Source: Pseudomonadota bacterium
GTDB taxonomy: Bacteria; Myxococcota; Myxococcia; Myxococcales; Myxococcaceae
Reading direction: 5' to 3'
DNA: 64,000 bases
NCBI GenBank assembly: GCA_023423535.1
Contig: JAFAFL010000097.1
Location: 1 to 64,000 of the forward strand
This document shows, piece after piece, positions 50,007 to 60,590 of the stretch. The notes below the pieces were generated by a model. That model was given only the letters and a program-made list of their open reading frames with translations, was not told the DNA's origin and ran no database searches. Both the position numbers and the translations under genes were made by a program. How positions within the stretch are numbered: the first letter of the stretch is position 1; every line of letters starts with the position of its first letter.

Positions 50007-50818
50007 CCGACCCCCAGGGCGCCGGAGAGTCCCATCGCCGCGATGCGCGCGAGGATCCAGGAGAGCACGAAGTCGAGCGAGAAGATGGACGCCGCGCTCC
50101 ACACGACCGACGACGCCGCGGCCCTTCCCACCGCGCGCGAGCCGCCCTGCGCGTGCATCCCCACCTGCGTGGAGACGAGCGCGATTGCCCACGCGAAGGC
50201 TACGGACTTGAGCAAGCCGCCGGAGAGCTCGCCCCAGCCCAACATGCTCTCGAAGGAGTCGAGGAAGACGCGCACCGGCAGATCGAGCGTGAAGTACGAG
50301 GCGACGATCTCCCACAGAATCGCGAGCAAAAACGCGGGCATGGCGAGCAGACTCACGCTGACGACCACCGCCCACACGCGCGGCGCCACCAGCAGCGCCA
50401 GCGGGTCGAGGGAGATGCCGGAGAGCCCGAGCAGCTGCCCATCCACCGAGAGCTGTGCGAGCTCCGCGGCGTTCCTCGCGCCCACGCGGGCCGCCATCAT
50501 CAGGCCCACCAGCAGCGGGCCGAACTCCCAGATCACCGCGTAGCCGGCGGCCCAGCCGAGGAAGGTCCGCGCGCCGAAGCGCTCCGTGTAGAGCGAGGTC
50601 TGCAGCACCACCGTGGCGCCGATCACCGTGGAGACCACCAGAGTGAGCGGCAAGGTCTGCCAGCCAAAGGCGACGAGGCCGCGGAAGAACTCTCGGCGGT
50701 TCATGCGCGGCAGCAGCAGGAACACGCGCGCGAGCATCAGCGTCAGCGCCCCGGTCGCCGAAGCCCAGGCGCGCACCCAGAAGCCAATGAACGCGGGCAC
50801 CGAGAGCAGGGCGTTCAT
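50003..50818 (-). CDS. Second MlaE-like ABC transporter permease (paralogue)
   Basis: Same topology as the neighbour, different sequence; 4-bp overlaps on both sides. Confidence 0.7.
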   Translation of the reverse strand: MNALLSVPAFIGFWVRAWASATGALTLMLARVFLLLPRMNRREFFRGLVAFGWQTLPLTLVVSTVIGATVVLQTSLYTERFGARTFLGWAAGYAVIWEFGPLLVGLMMAARVGARNAAELAQLSVDGQLLGLSGISLDPLALLVAPRVWAVVVSVSLLAMPAFLLAILWEIVASYFTLDLPVRVFLDSFESMLGWGELSGGLLKSVAFAWAIALVSTQVGMHAQGGSRAVGRAAASSVVWSAASIFSLDFVLSWILARIAAMGLSGALGVG

Positions 50819-51519
50819 TCGCGCTCCAGCCTCCCGGCGTCGAACGGGCCGTCATAGGCCATACGTCCGCGCTCCAGGAGGAGCCAGCGCTCGGCGCGGA
50901 GCCACCGCACCGGGTCCGGCATCGCGACGATCAGCGTGCGACCTTCGGATTCGCGCCAGAGCAGCTTCGCCACCTGTGACGCGGTGGAGGGATCGAGCCC
51001 GGCCAGCGGATCGTCGGCGAGGAGGACCTCGGGCCTCGCCACGATTGCCCGCGCGATGCCGGCGCGCTTCTGCATTCCTCCGGAGAGCGCGGAGGGGAGC
51101 AGGTCGGCGGCGTCCTCGAGGCCCACTGCGCGCAGCGAGTCGATGGCCCGCGTCTCGGCCTCGTCGCGCGGGACGCCGCGGCGCAAGAGAGGAAGGAGCA
51201 CGTTGTCGCGCACGGTCTCCGCGTCGAACAGCGCGTCGGTCTGGAACACCATCCCGAAGGCGGCCTGCCTCGCGCGCCGCTCCTCGGGGGGAAGCGCCCA
51301 CGGATCGCTTTCGTCCCAGCGCACTTCGCCGGCGTGCGGCCTTCGCAGCGCGGCCAGCGTCTTCAGCAGCGTCGTCTTTCCCGAACCCGGGCCGCCGCAG
51401 ATGGCCACCCGCTCGCCGGCGCGGAACCTCACGGTGAGGTCGCGCAGCGCATCGACCGTCCTTTCGCCGGGCGCGTTGCCCTCGTAGCGGACGGTGAGGG
51501 ACAGGGCGGAGAGATCCAC
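50815..51519 (-). CDS. Second ABC transporter ATP-binding protein (MlaF-like paralogue)
   Basis: Walker A GGPGSGKTT, signature LSGGMQKR, Walker B LLADDPLAGLD. Confidence 0.8.
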   Translation of the reverse strand: MDLSALSLTVRYEGNAPGERTVDALRDLTVRFRAGERVAICGGPGSGKTTLLKTLAALRRPHAGEVRWDESDPWALPPEERRARQAAFGMVFQTDALFDAETVRDNVLLPLLRRGVPRDEAETRAIDSLRAVGLEDAADLLPSALSGGMQKRAGIARAIVARPEVLLADDPLAGLDPSTASQVAKLLWRESEGRTLIVAMPDPVRWLRAERWLLLERGRMAYDGPFDAGRLERE

Positions 51520-51537
51520 TCGCGGACCTTCGGGGCT

Positions 51538-53232
51538 CTACCGGCGCCGGCGCTTCATGAAACGCGAGACGCTGAACTTCATCGCGCGTCCGCCGAAGAG
51601 GTACCAGGTGACCATCGCGCCGAAGAGCGCGGAGGCGGAGATGATCGCCAGCACGCCGAGCACCGGGATGCCCTTGAACTCCCACGGCTCGGCGCTGAAG
51701 GCGATGAACGCACCGACGATGAAGCCGCACGCGCAGAGCCCGAGGAACCCGACCGCCGCCAGCGCGCGCAGGTTCGCGTTGAGCCGGTCGAGCTGCTCCG
51801 ACTTCACCGTCACCGAGAACTTGCCGGACTCGAGGTCCAGCATGATCTGCGAGAGCTGCACCGGCAGATCCTGGGCCACGCTCTGCAGGCGCAGCGCGGT
51901 GCGGAGCAGGCCGCCCTGGAGCTGATCCGGATCGTACTGACCTGCCAGCAGCTCCTTCGCGTAGGGCGTGGCCAGCTCCGCGATGGGGAGGTTGGGGGAG
52001 AGCGTGCGGAGAATGCCCTCGATGCTGATCGACGCGCGGGAGAGCACCGCGTACTCGCGCGGGATCCGGATGCGGTACTTCACCGCCAGATCGAAGAGGT
52101 CGCGCAGGAGGTTCTTCGCGTTGATCTCGCCCAGCGTGGTGGGCAGGTACTGGTTGAGGATTCCGTCGATGTCGTTGCGGAAGCCGATGAGGTTCGCGCG
52201 CGAGTCGGGCACGCCCACCCGGTAGAGGATGCGCGCCACCGAGTCCGAATCCTTCAGAGCGATGGCCATCACCAGGCTCACCAGCGTCTGCTGCATCTGG
52301 CGGGTGATGCGGCCGACGATCCCGAAGTCGATCAGCGCGACCACGCCGTCCTCGAGCACGAGGATGTTTCCGGGGTGCGGATCGCCGTGGAAGACGCCGT
52401 CCTGGAAGAGCTGCCGGAAGGCGCCCTCCACGAGGTTGCGCGCGATCTTCTCCTTGTCGTGCACCGACGGATCGAGCTGGCTGATCTTCGTCCCGCGCAA
52501 AAACTCCATCGTCAGCACGGTGCGGGTGGTCAGCTCGTCGAACACGCGCGGGATGCGCATGTAGGGGCGCTCCCGGTGGTTCCGGTAGAACTCGCGGATG
52601 TTCTGCGCCTCGTGGAGGAAGTCGAGCTCCTCGTGGATGGCGAGGTCGAACTCCTCGATGATCCCGGTCGGCGTGTAGATGCCGGTCTCCTCCACCACCG
52701 CCTCGAGCAGCCGGGCGACGTAGTGGAGCACCGAGAGATCTGACCGGATGCGCTCGGTGATGCCCGGGCGCTGGACCTTCACCACCACCTCGTCGCCGGC
52801 GAAGGTCACCGCGCGGTGCACCTGGGCGATGGAGGCGGCGGCGAGCGGCTCGGGTTCGATGCTCCGGAAGAGCTCCGCCGGATCGCGCCCGAGCGACTCG
52901 CGCAGCTGCCGATCGAGGTCCTCCTTCGGCATCGGCGGGACGTCGTCCTGCAGCGTGGCGAGCTCTTCGATGAACTCCGCCGGCAGCAGGTCCGAGCGCG
53001 TGGAGAGGATCTGCCCGAGCTTGATGAACGTGGGCCCGAGGTCGTTGAGGAACATCCGGAAGCGGCGCGCGGTCGAGGCGCGGCGGACCTCCGGCGGGAC
53101 CTCCACCTGCTCCTTCTTGCCGAGGATGCTCCAGGTGCCGCTGCGCTCGAGGTAGTCGGCGAACCCGTGCCGCGCGGCGAGGACGGCGATCTGCCGCACC
53201 CGGTTCAAGTCCTGAAAGGCCTCGCGAATCAC
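51538..53232 (-). CDS. ubiB: UbiB/ABC1-family atypical protein kinase
   Basis: Hallmark GPTFIKLGQILSTRSDLLP and kinase-like HGDPHPGNIL motifs; C-terminal TM helices. Confidence 0.85.
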   Translation of the reverse strand: MIREAFQDLNRVRQIAVLAARHGFADYLERSGTWSILGKKEQVEVPPEVRRASTARRFRMFLNDLGPTFIKLGQILSTRSDLLPAEFIEELATLQDDVPPMPKEDLDRQLRESLGRDPAELFRSIEPEPLAAASIAQVHRAVTFAGDEVVVKVQRPGITERIRSDLSVLHYVARLLEAVVEETGIYTPTGIIEEFDLAIHEELDFLHEAQNIREFYRNHRERPYMRIPRVFDELTTRTVLTMEFLRGTKISQLDPSVHDKEKIARNLVEGAFRQLFQDGVFHGDPHPGNILVLEDGVVALIDFGIVGRITRQMQQTLVSLVMAIALKDSDSVARILYRVGVPDSRANLIGFRNDIDGILNQYLPTTLGEINAKNLLRDLFDLAVKYRIRIPREYAVLSRASISIEGILRTLSPNLPIAELATPYAKELLAGQYDPDQLQGGLLRTALRLQSVAQDLPVQLSQIMLDLESGKFSVTVKSEQLDRLNANLRALAAVGFLGLCACGFIVGAFIAFSAEPWEFKGIPVLGVLAIISASALFGAMVTWYLFGGRAMKFSVSRFMKRRRR

Positions 53233-53290
53233 GGCGGCGGCAACTTCGCACGGGCACAGGGGGGCCGCAAACTCCCGGATGCACTCGGAT

Positions 53291-53632
53291 TCAGCCCGCG
53301 AGCCCCTCCGAGACCAGGGTCTTCAGATGCTCCAGCGGCGTGCCGAGGGCATACACGCCGCGCGCGCCGCGGAGGGTGGAGGCGCGCGTCATCCGGTCGT
53401 CGGCGAAGGGGAGGAGGGCGACGACGCGCGCGCGAGCCGAATGACTGCGGACCGCGCGCTCGAGGTGACCGAGGCCCTCGCGTCCCTCCACGTGCACGAG
53501 CACCAGCTGTGCGTTCTCCGCGGCCCTGGGCGAGTGCTCCATCCCGAGCTCGGCGAACACGTCACCGAGCAGGTGGGAGAGCGAATCGTCCTCCGCGTGG
53601 AGCAGGGCCCACGCGCGCCGCGGCGGCTGCAT
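53291..53632 (-). CDS. Hypothetical protein (113 aa), possibly a degenerate receiver-like domain
   Basis: ORF with coding-like GC3 bias; LVLVHVEG / VVALLPFADD pattern only weakly receiver-like. Confidence 0.35.
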   Translation of the reverse strand: MQPPRRAWALLHAEDDSLSHLLGDVFAELGMEHSPRAAENAQLVLVHVEGREGLGHLERAVRSHSARARVVALLPFADDRMTRASTLRGARGVYALGTPLEHLKTLVSEGLAG

Positions 53633-53635
53633 GGG

Positions 53636-54196
53636 CTAGAGGCCCGCGCGGCGGCTGCCGATGGTGAAGTCGAACTCGCTGCGGCGGTTCTGCGAGTAGT
53701 CGCTCTCGCTCTGGCCGCGGCTGAGCGGGCGCTCTTCGCCGAAGGAGAGCGTGTCCACCCGCGACGACTCGACGCCGAGGCCGGTGAGGTAGGTCTTCGC
53801 CGCGAACGCCCGCTTCTGGCCGAGCGCCATGTTGTACTCGCTGGTGCCGAGCTCGCAGGTGTGGCCCTGGATCGTCACCGCCTTGTCCGGGTTCTGGCGG
53901 AGGTAGTCCGCGAGCCGCTGCAGCGTGGCGGTGGACTCGGGGAGCAGCTGCGCCGAATCAAGCGCGTAGTAGATGGGGCCGAACTGCGTGTGGAAGGTGT
54001 CCGAGTCCTTCGGCGCGGGCGCCTGCTCGGCGGGCGCGGGGGCCTTGGCCACCGGAGCGGGCTTCGCGGTCTCGGTCACCGACTCGGTGAGCTGGTTCTT
54101 GTTCTTCGCGGCGCAGCCGACGCCGGTGGCCAGCGCGAGGGTCGTGACCGCGGTCAGCAGGATGCGGCGGGAGGAGGGGCGGAGGGTCGTGTTCAT
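53636..54196 (-). CDS. OmpA-family peptidoglycan-associated lipoprotein (Pal-like)
   Basis: Lipobox LATGVGC; OmpA C-like domain (VTIQGHTCELGTSEYNMALGQKRA...NRRSEF). Confidence 0.8.
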   Translation of the reverse strand: MNTTLRPSSRRILLTAVTTLALATGVGCAAKNKNQLTESVTETAKPAPVAKAPAPAEQAPAPKDSDTFHTQFGPIYYALDSAQLLPESTATLQRLADYLRQNPDKAVTIQGHTCELGTSEYNMALGQKRAFAAKTYLTGLGVESSRVDTLSFGEERPLSRGQSESDYSQNRRSEFDFTIGSRRAGL

Positions 54197-54309
54197 GCGG
54201 CGCTCTTTGAGCAACGCCTGTGCCACGTGCCCCCTCAGAGGGAGCGGCGCCCGAGCCCGCCCGGCAGCTTTGCAGCGTGCAACGCCCGGCCTTGCAACCT
54301 GCAACGCGA

Positions 54310-55732
<1,423 letters not shown>

Positions 55733-55746
<14 letters not shown>

Positions 55747-57823
55747 TGCGTTCCTCGGTTCCTGCGACTGGCCAGTAGAGCGTGAACTCGGTGCCCTCTC
55801 CGGGCCTGCTGCTGAGCTCCAGCTCCGCGCCGTGATTGCGCGCGATCTGCTGCACGATGGTCAGGCCGAGGCCTGTACCCTGTCCTCGCTTCTTCGTGGT
55901 GAAGAACGGATCGAAGATCTGGTTCTGCCGCTCCTCGGGGATGCCGCAGCCGTCGTCCTTCACCCGGAGCACCACGCGCCGTCCGCCCGCGTCCGGCTCC
56001 GCGCTGACCTTCACCGTCGCGCCGGCCTGGCAGGCATCGAGCGCGTTCATCACCAGGTTTACCAGCACCTGCTGGAGCTGATCCGGATCCGCCGCCAGCG
56101 CGGGAAGTGCGTCCGGCGCGTGCACGGTGAGGGTCATCTTCCTGCGCTCCGCCTCGAGCCTCAGCAGCTCGTCCAAAGATCGCAGCGCCGCGTTGGCCGG
56201 CACCCCGCGCGCGTGCGGCGGCTGCAGCCGGGCGAAGTCGAGGAGCTGCCGGATGGTGCGGCTCACCCGATCGATCTGCTCGATCATCACCTTCAGGCCG
56301 CCGGCGTGCGGACTGTCCGCGCCCAGCTTTCCGCCGAGGTACTCCGCGCGTCCGCGCACCACGCCGAGCGGGGTGCCGATCTCGTGCGCGATCCCCGCCG
56401 CGAGCACGCCCACCGTGGCGAGCTTCTCCGCGCGCAGCAGCTGCGACTCCAGCGCCTTGAGGCCGGAGAGATCCTCGATCACCAGCAGCGCGCGCACGTC
56501 GGCATCCGGGTGCTCCATCGGCACCGCGTGGAGGTTGTACCGGCCGGCCTCGCCGAAGAGCTCCAGCTCCACGCCGGCGAGAAAGCGCGGCCGGCCCTGC
56601 GCACAGGCCTGCTCCACCAGCTCCAGCACGCGCTCCATCACCTGCGCCGGTGCGGTGGGGAGCGCTTCGGCCACGGTCTTGCCCACCGCGCCCTCGCCGA
56701 GCCGCTCGCGCAAGGGCGCGTTGAGCGCGCTGATCCGTCCGTCCTCACCGAGCGCGAGCACGCCGGTGGGGATGTGGTCGAGGATCTTCTGGCTCTTCTC
56801 GTGGAGGTGCAAAAGCCGCGCGGCGTGACGGCGGCTCTCCTTCAGCGCCACCGCCCTTCGCGAGGCGATGAGCACCCACGCACCGAACGCAGCGAGCAGC
56901 ACCACCACCACCGCCGTCGCGAACATCAAGCGGGCGACCACCGCGCGCTCCACCGAGCGGAGCTGGCTGAGCGAGCTCAGCGTCGCCACCGTCCACGGCG
57001 CGCCGCCCTGCGGACGCACCACCGAGGTCACCATCACCACCGCCTCGCTGCCGAGCCCCATCGCCTCGGACTCCTCCACCGGGAGCCGCGCGGTGCCCGC
57101 CTGACCCGCGCGCATCTGCCGCACCAGCGCCGAGAACCGGGGCAGGTTCACCGTCCCCGCGTCGAGCCCTTCGACCGCCTTCGCGAGCCTCGGCTCCGTC
57201 GCAGGCGTGGGACGTCCGTAGGCGCCGAGCACGAGCAGGTGCGAGGTGGTGTCGGTGGTGATGAGCCGCAGCGCGGAGAAGTAGGGCTCCAGATCGACGA
57301 GCACCGCCAGAGATCGCCTGGGCTCACCGGGAGCGGTGGGCAGCCGCGTGGCGAAGACGCGGAGCCAGCCGTTCTCGCTGAACGCGGGAGAGGTCTCGAG
57401 CTCGCCCGGCTCGCGATCGAGCGCGCGCAGTGCGGTGTGGCGAAGGGGACCTGTGGCCTCGGCCTCGGTGTAGTCGGGAGCCGGCCCCGGCTCGGCGATG
57501 TAGAGTTCGCGGCGTCCGACCGGATCGAACACCGCCACCGCCTTGTACGGCGTGACGACCTGGAGGAGCGCCTTCAGCTCGCGGACGTGGTCGCCGGAGG
57601 TGCCATCGGAGACGAGCTCGGCGGCGAAGCGGAGGTCCTCGCCAATCCGATCGAGCTCGTTGCTGATGGAACGCACCGCCTCGTCCACCTGCCGCGAGCG
57701 CTCGCGTTCGAACTGCTCGATGAGCCGCGCGCGATCCTCCTGCACCAGCCACTGCGCACCCGCGAGCACACCGCCGACGGCACAGAGGAGCAGGGCGAGG
57801 AAGAGGAGAGACGCGCGCGACAT
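55733..57823 (-). CDS. Sensor histidine kinase with N-terminal TM/periplasmic sensor region (partner of the NtrC-type regulator)
   Basis: HisKA ([15 protein letters not shown]) and HATPase_c (N, G1, G2 boxes); start MSRASLLF chosen for its TM helix; 14-bp overlap with regulator gene. Confidence 0.8.
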
Positions 57824-57977
57824 CGAAGGGCCGAACTGTAGAACGACATCCGCGTCCCCACAGCCACATCGGCAGAAGGCGGCGCCTGAAGGGCCGACCG
57901 CTCTCCTCTCGAAAACCGTCGAGCCTCGGACCGGAATCGTTTGCCCGCTGAATTCCGAGCGCATACAAGCCCGGCCG

Positions 57978-58505
57978 ATGCGGCGGCTCGTCCTACACCA
58001 CGCGCTCGTCGCCGGCGGGTTGTTCGCGCTGTGGGTGGCGCTGTCCGGAATGCTGGACGCGTTCCACCTCATCCTCGGTGCACTCTCTGCCGGCGCCGTC
58101 TCCCTGCTCTCCGGACGTCGTCTCTTCTACGAGGTCCGTCGCGACGACGGAGGCGTGGAACGACGGTGGCTCTCGTTCCTCCCGTGGCACCGCGTGCTCC
58201 TCTACATGCTCCTGCACCTGTGGGAGATCGCGAAGAGCAACTACGCGGTGGCAAAGCGGATCCTCGGGCCCATGTCGGAGGTCACCCCGCAGGTCTTCGA
58301 GCTCGAGCCCACGCTGCGCAGCGACGTCGCGCGGGTGGCGCTGGCCTACTCGATCATCCTCACCCCGGGCACCACGGTGCTGGACGTCACGCCGGAGGGA
58401 CACTTCATCGTGCACGCGCTGGATGAAGGCTCGGCGAAGGACACGAAGGACGGGCCGCTGCAGGCGAACGTGGCGCGCGCCTTCGAACCGCCGGGGGCCG
58501 CATGA
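57978..58505 (+). CDS. mnhE: Mrp-type cation:proton antiporter subunit E
   Basis: MnhE family pattern; first of overlapping, coupled mnh genes. Confidence 0.7.
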   Translation: MRRLVLHHALVAGGLFALWVALSGMLDAFHLILGALSAGAVSLLSGRRLFYEVRRDDGGVERRWLSFLPWHRVLLYMLLHLWEIAKSNYAVAKRILGPMSEVTPQVFELEPTLRSDVARVALAYSIILTPGTTVLDVTPEGHFIVHALDEGSAKDTKDGPLQANVARAFEPPGAA

Positions 58506-58804
58506 TGCAGACGATCTATCTGGCCGCGGCAGTCTTCGTGGCGCTGCTGCTCGTCTCTCCACTGGTGCGCATCGTGCGCGGCCCCACCGTCTTCGACCGA
58601 CTGCTCGGCGCGTCGGTGCTGGGGACGAAGACGATCGTGCTGCTGATGCTCATGGGCGCGGCGACCGGGCGGCTGGACATGTGGGTGGACATCTCGCTCG
58701 GCTACGGGCTCGCGCTGCTGGCGGGCACGCTGGTGACGGCGAAGTACCTCGAGGGGTACGCCGAAGCGTCGCGCGAGAAGGATCGCGAGGAGCGCTCCCC
58801 GTGA
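58502..58804 (+). CDS. mnhF: Mrp antiporter subunit F
   Basis: LVRIVRGPTVFDRLLGASVLGTKTIVLL matches the MnhF family. Confidence 0.7.
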   Translation: MMQTIYLAAAVFVALLLVSPLVRIVRGPTVFDRLLGASVLGTKTIVLLMLMGAATGRLDMWVDISLGYGLALLAGTLVTAKYLEGYAEASREKDREERSP

Positions 58805-59184
58805 CGGCCCGCGAGATCGTGGCGCTGGTGCTCCTCGTGCCGGGGCTCGTGGTGCTGCTGCTGGGCGCGGTGGGGATCCTGCGCTTCCCGGACTTCTACA
58901 CGCGCCTGCACCCGTCGGGTAAGGCGGAGACCCTCGGCGCGTCGCTGGTGGTGCTCTCTCTGGCAGTGCACGAGGGCTTCGAGTTCGTGGCGCTGAAGGT
59001 GCTCCTCGTGCAGCTCTTCATCTTCTTCGGCAACCCGGCCGCGACGACGGCGATGGGACGCGCGGCGTGGCGAGCCGGGCTGCGTCCCTGGAGCAACGGC
59101 TCCCACCGCGCGGCCGCGGATGACGGCCGCCACGTCTCCGAGCTGAAGGGCTTCGGCGCCGGGAAGGAGGAGGGCCCGCGATGA
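58801..59184 (+). CDS. mnhG: Mrp antiporter subunit G
   Basis: GTG start overlapping mnhF stop; LGAVGILRFPDFYTRLHPSGKAETLG matches MnhG. Confidence 0.7.
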   Translation: MTAREIVALVLLVPGLVVLLLGAVGILRFPDFYTRLHPSGKAETLGASLVVLSLAVHEGFEFVALKVLLVQLFIFFGNPAATTAMGRAAWRAGLRPWSNGSHRAAADDGRHVSELKGFGAGKEEGPR

Positions 59185-59423
59185 TCTGGCTGCTCGACGT
59201 GCTGCTCATGCCCGTCCTCGTGATCACCGCGCTGACCGCGCTGCACCTGAAGGATCTCGCCTCGGCGACGATCGCGTTCAGCGCGTTCAGCTTCTTCGCC
59301 TGCATCGTGTACGCGTCGCTGGCGGCGGTGGACGTGGCCTTCACCGAGGCAATGATCGGCGCGGGGATCTCGGCGGTCGTCTTCCTCACCGCGCTGTACC
59401 GGACCTCGCGGGAGAGCAAGTGA
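59181..59423 (+). CDS. Small MrpA-C/MnhB-N-like membrane subunit (DUF4040-type, MbhD-like)
   Basis: 80-aa, 3 TM; position within the mnh cluster. Confidence 0.5.
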   Translation: MIWLLDVLLMPVLVITALTALHLKDLASATIAFSAFSFFACIVYASLAAVDVAFTEAMIGAGISAVVFLTALYRTSRESK

Positions 59424-59707
59424 TGAAGTGGAGCGCCCTCGTCGTTCTCCTCTTCACCGGAGCGTTGCTCGTGTACAGCGCGCCGGAATTGCCGTCGCTC
59501 GGGGAGCTCGACTCGCCGCCGCAGACGCACGTGTCCCCGCGCTACATCACCGACGGTCCGAGGGAGACCGGCGCGCCGAACATGGTGACCGGCGTGATCG
59601 CCGACTACCGCGGCTTCGACACGCTCTTCGAGGGCGTGGTCATCCTCATCGCGGGACTCGCCACCGCGCTGATCCTCTGGCCGCAGCATCGGGAGGAGCA
59701 GAAGTGA
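59420..59707 (+). CDS. MnhB-related small membrane subunit (MbhE-like)
   Basis: VTGVIADYRGFDTLFEGVVILIAG matches the MnhB domain. Confidence 0.55.
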   Translation: MMKWSALVVLLFTGALLVYSAPELPSLGELDSPPQTHVSPRYITDGPRETGAPNMVTGVIADYRGFDTLFEGVVILIAGLATALILWPQHREEQK

Positions 59708-60222
59708 TCGGCCCCTACAACAGCGCCATCCTCCTCTTCGCCGCGCGGCTGCAGGCGCCGCTGCTGCAGCTCTATGCGCTCTACGTGCTCTTCCACGGGC
59801 ACTACAGCCCCGGCGGTGGCTTCCAGGCGGGGGCGGCGATGGCCGGATCGTTCCTCGTGCCGAGGCTGGTGGAGGGCATCCCTGCCGGCGTGCACGGGCT
59901 CACCACCCGCCGCGCGAGCGTGATCGCGCTCAGCGGCATCCTCCTCTACGCGGGCGTGGGCGTCGTCTCCATGCTCATGCCCGGCGCCGAGTTCCTCGAC
60001 TACTCAGGCCTCGCCGCGATTCCGGGGTGGCCGCTGGAACAGGGCGGCGCCACGCGCGCGGTCGGCTCGCTGCTCATCGAGGTGGGCATCACGCTGACGG
60101 TGATGGGCGTGATGGTCATGCTGTTCGACGACCTCGTGTCCACGAAGCTCACGCGCACGAAGCCCGCCGATCCGGCGGCGGACCCGGGCGACATCGAGCA
60201 GGAGAAGGAGGTCCGTCCATGA
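59704..60222 (+). CDS. mnhB: Mrp antiporter subunit B-like protein
   Basis: FHGHYSPGGGFQAGAAMAG hallmark of the MnhB domain; GTG start overlapping upstream stop. Confidence 0.65.
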   Translation: MIGPYNSAILLFAARLQAPLLQLYALYVLFHGHYSPGGGFQAGAAMAGSFLVPRLVEGIPAGVHGLTTRRASVIALSGILLYAGVGVVSMLMPGAEFLDYSGLAAIPGWPLEQGGATRAVGSLLIEVGITLTVMGVMVMLFDDLVSTKLTRTKPADPAADPGDIEQEKEVRP

Positions 60223-60590
60223 GGGCCGCGATCTTCGACTGGTACAACTACTGGGGCATCGCCATCCTCATGCTCGTCGGCATCTACGGGATGACCGCCA
60301 AGACGAACCTGCTGAAGAAGCTGATGGGGATGAACATCCTGCAGGTGGGGGTCATCCTCTTCTTCCTCAGCTACTCGCCGAAGCTCGGTGGAACGATCCC
60401 CGTCTTCGATCCGTCGCGTGGCGAGCCTCCGCTGCCGCAGGACTACGCGAACCCGCTGCCGCAGGCGCTGATGCTCACCGCGATCGTCGTCGGTGTGGCA
60501 ACCACCGGCGTGGCGCTGGCGCTGCTGGTGCGGATCCACCGCAAATACGGGACGCTGGAAGAGGACGAGCTGCTGGAGAGGATGCGCTGA
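60219..60590 (+). CDS. mnhC: Mrp antiporter subunit C (NuoK-like)
   Basis: 123 aa, 3 TM; ATGA overlap with mnhB. Confidence 0.7.
   Translation: MRAAIFDWYNYWGIAILMLVGIYGMTAKTNLLKKLMGMNILQVGVILFFLSYSPKLGGTIPVFDPSRGEPPLPQDYANPLPQALMLTAIVVGVATTGVALALLVRIHRKYGTLEEDELLERMR

Noticed and set aside
53291-53632. Stand-alone response-regulator receiver
   Set aside because: Lacks the conserved acidic pocket/Asp-phosphorylation and Lys signatures in the expected spacing. Kept only as a hypothetical protein.
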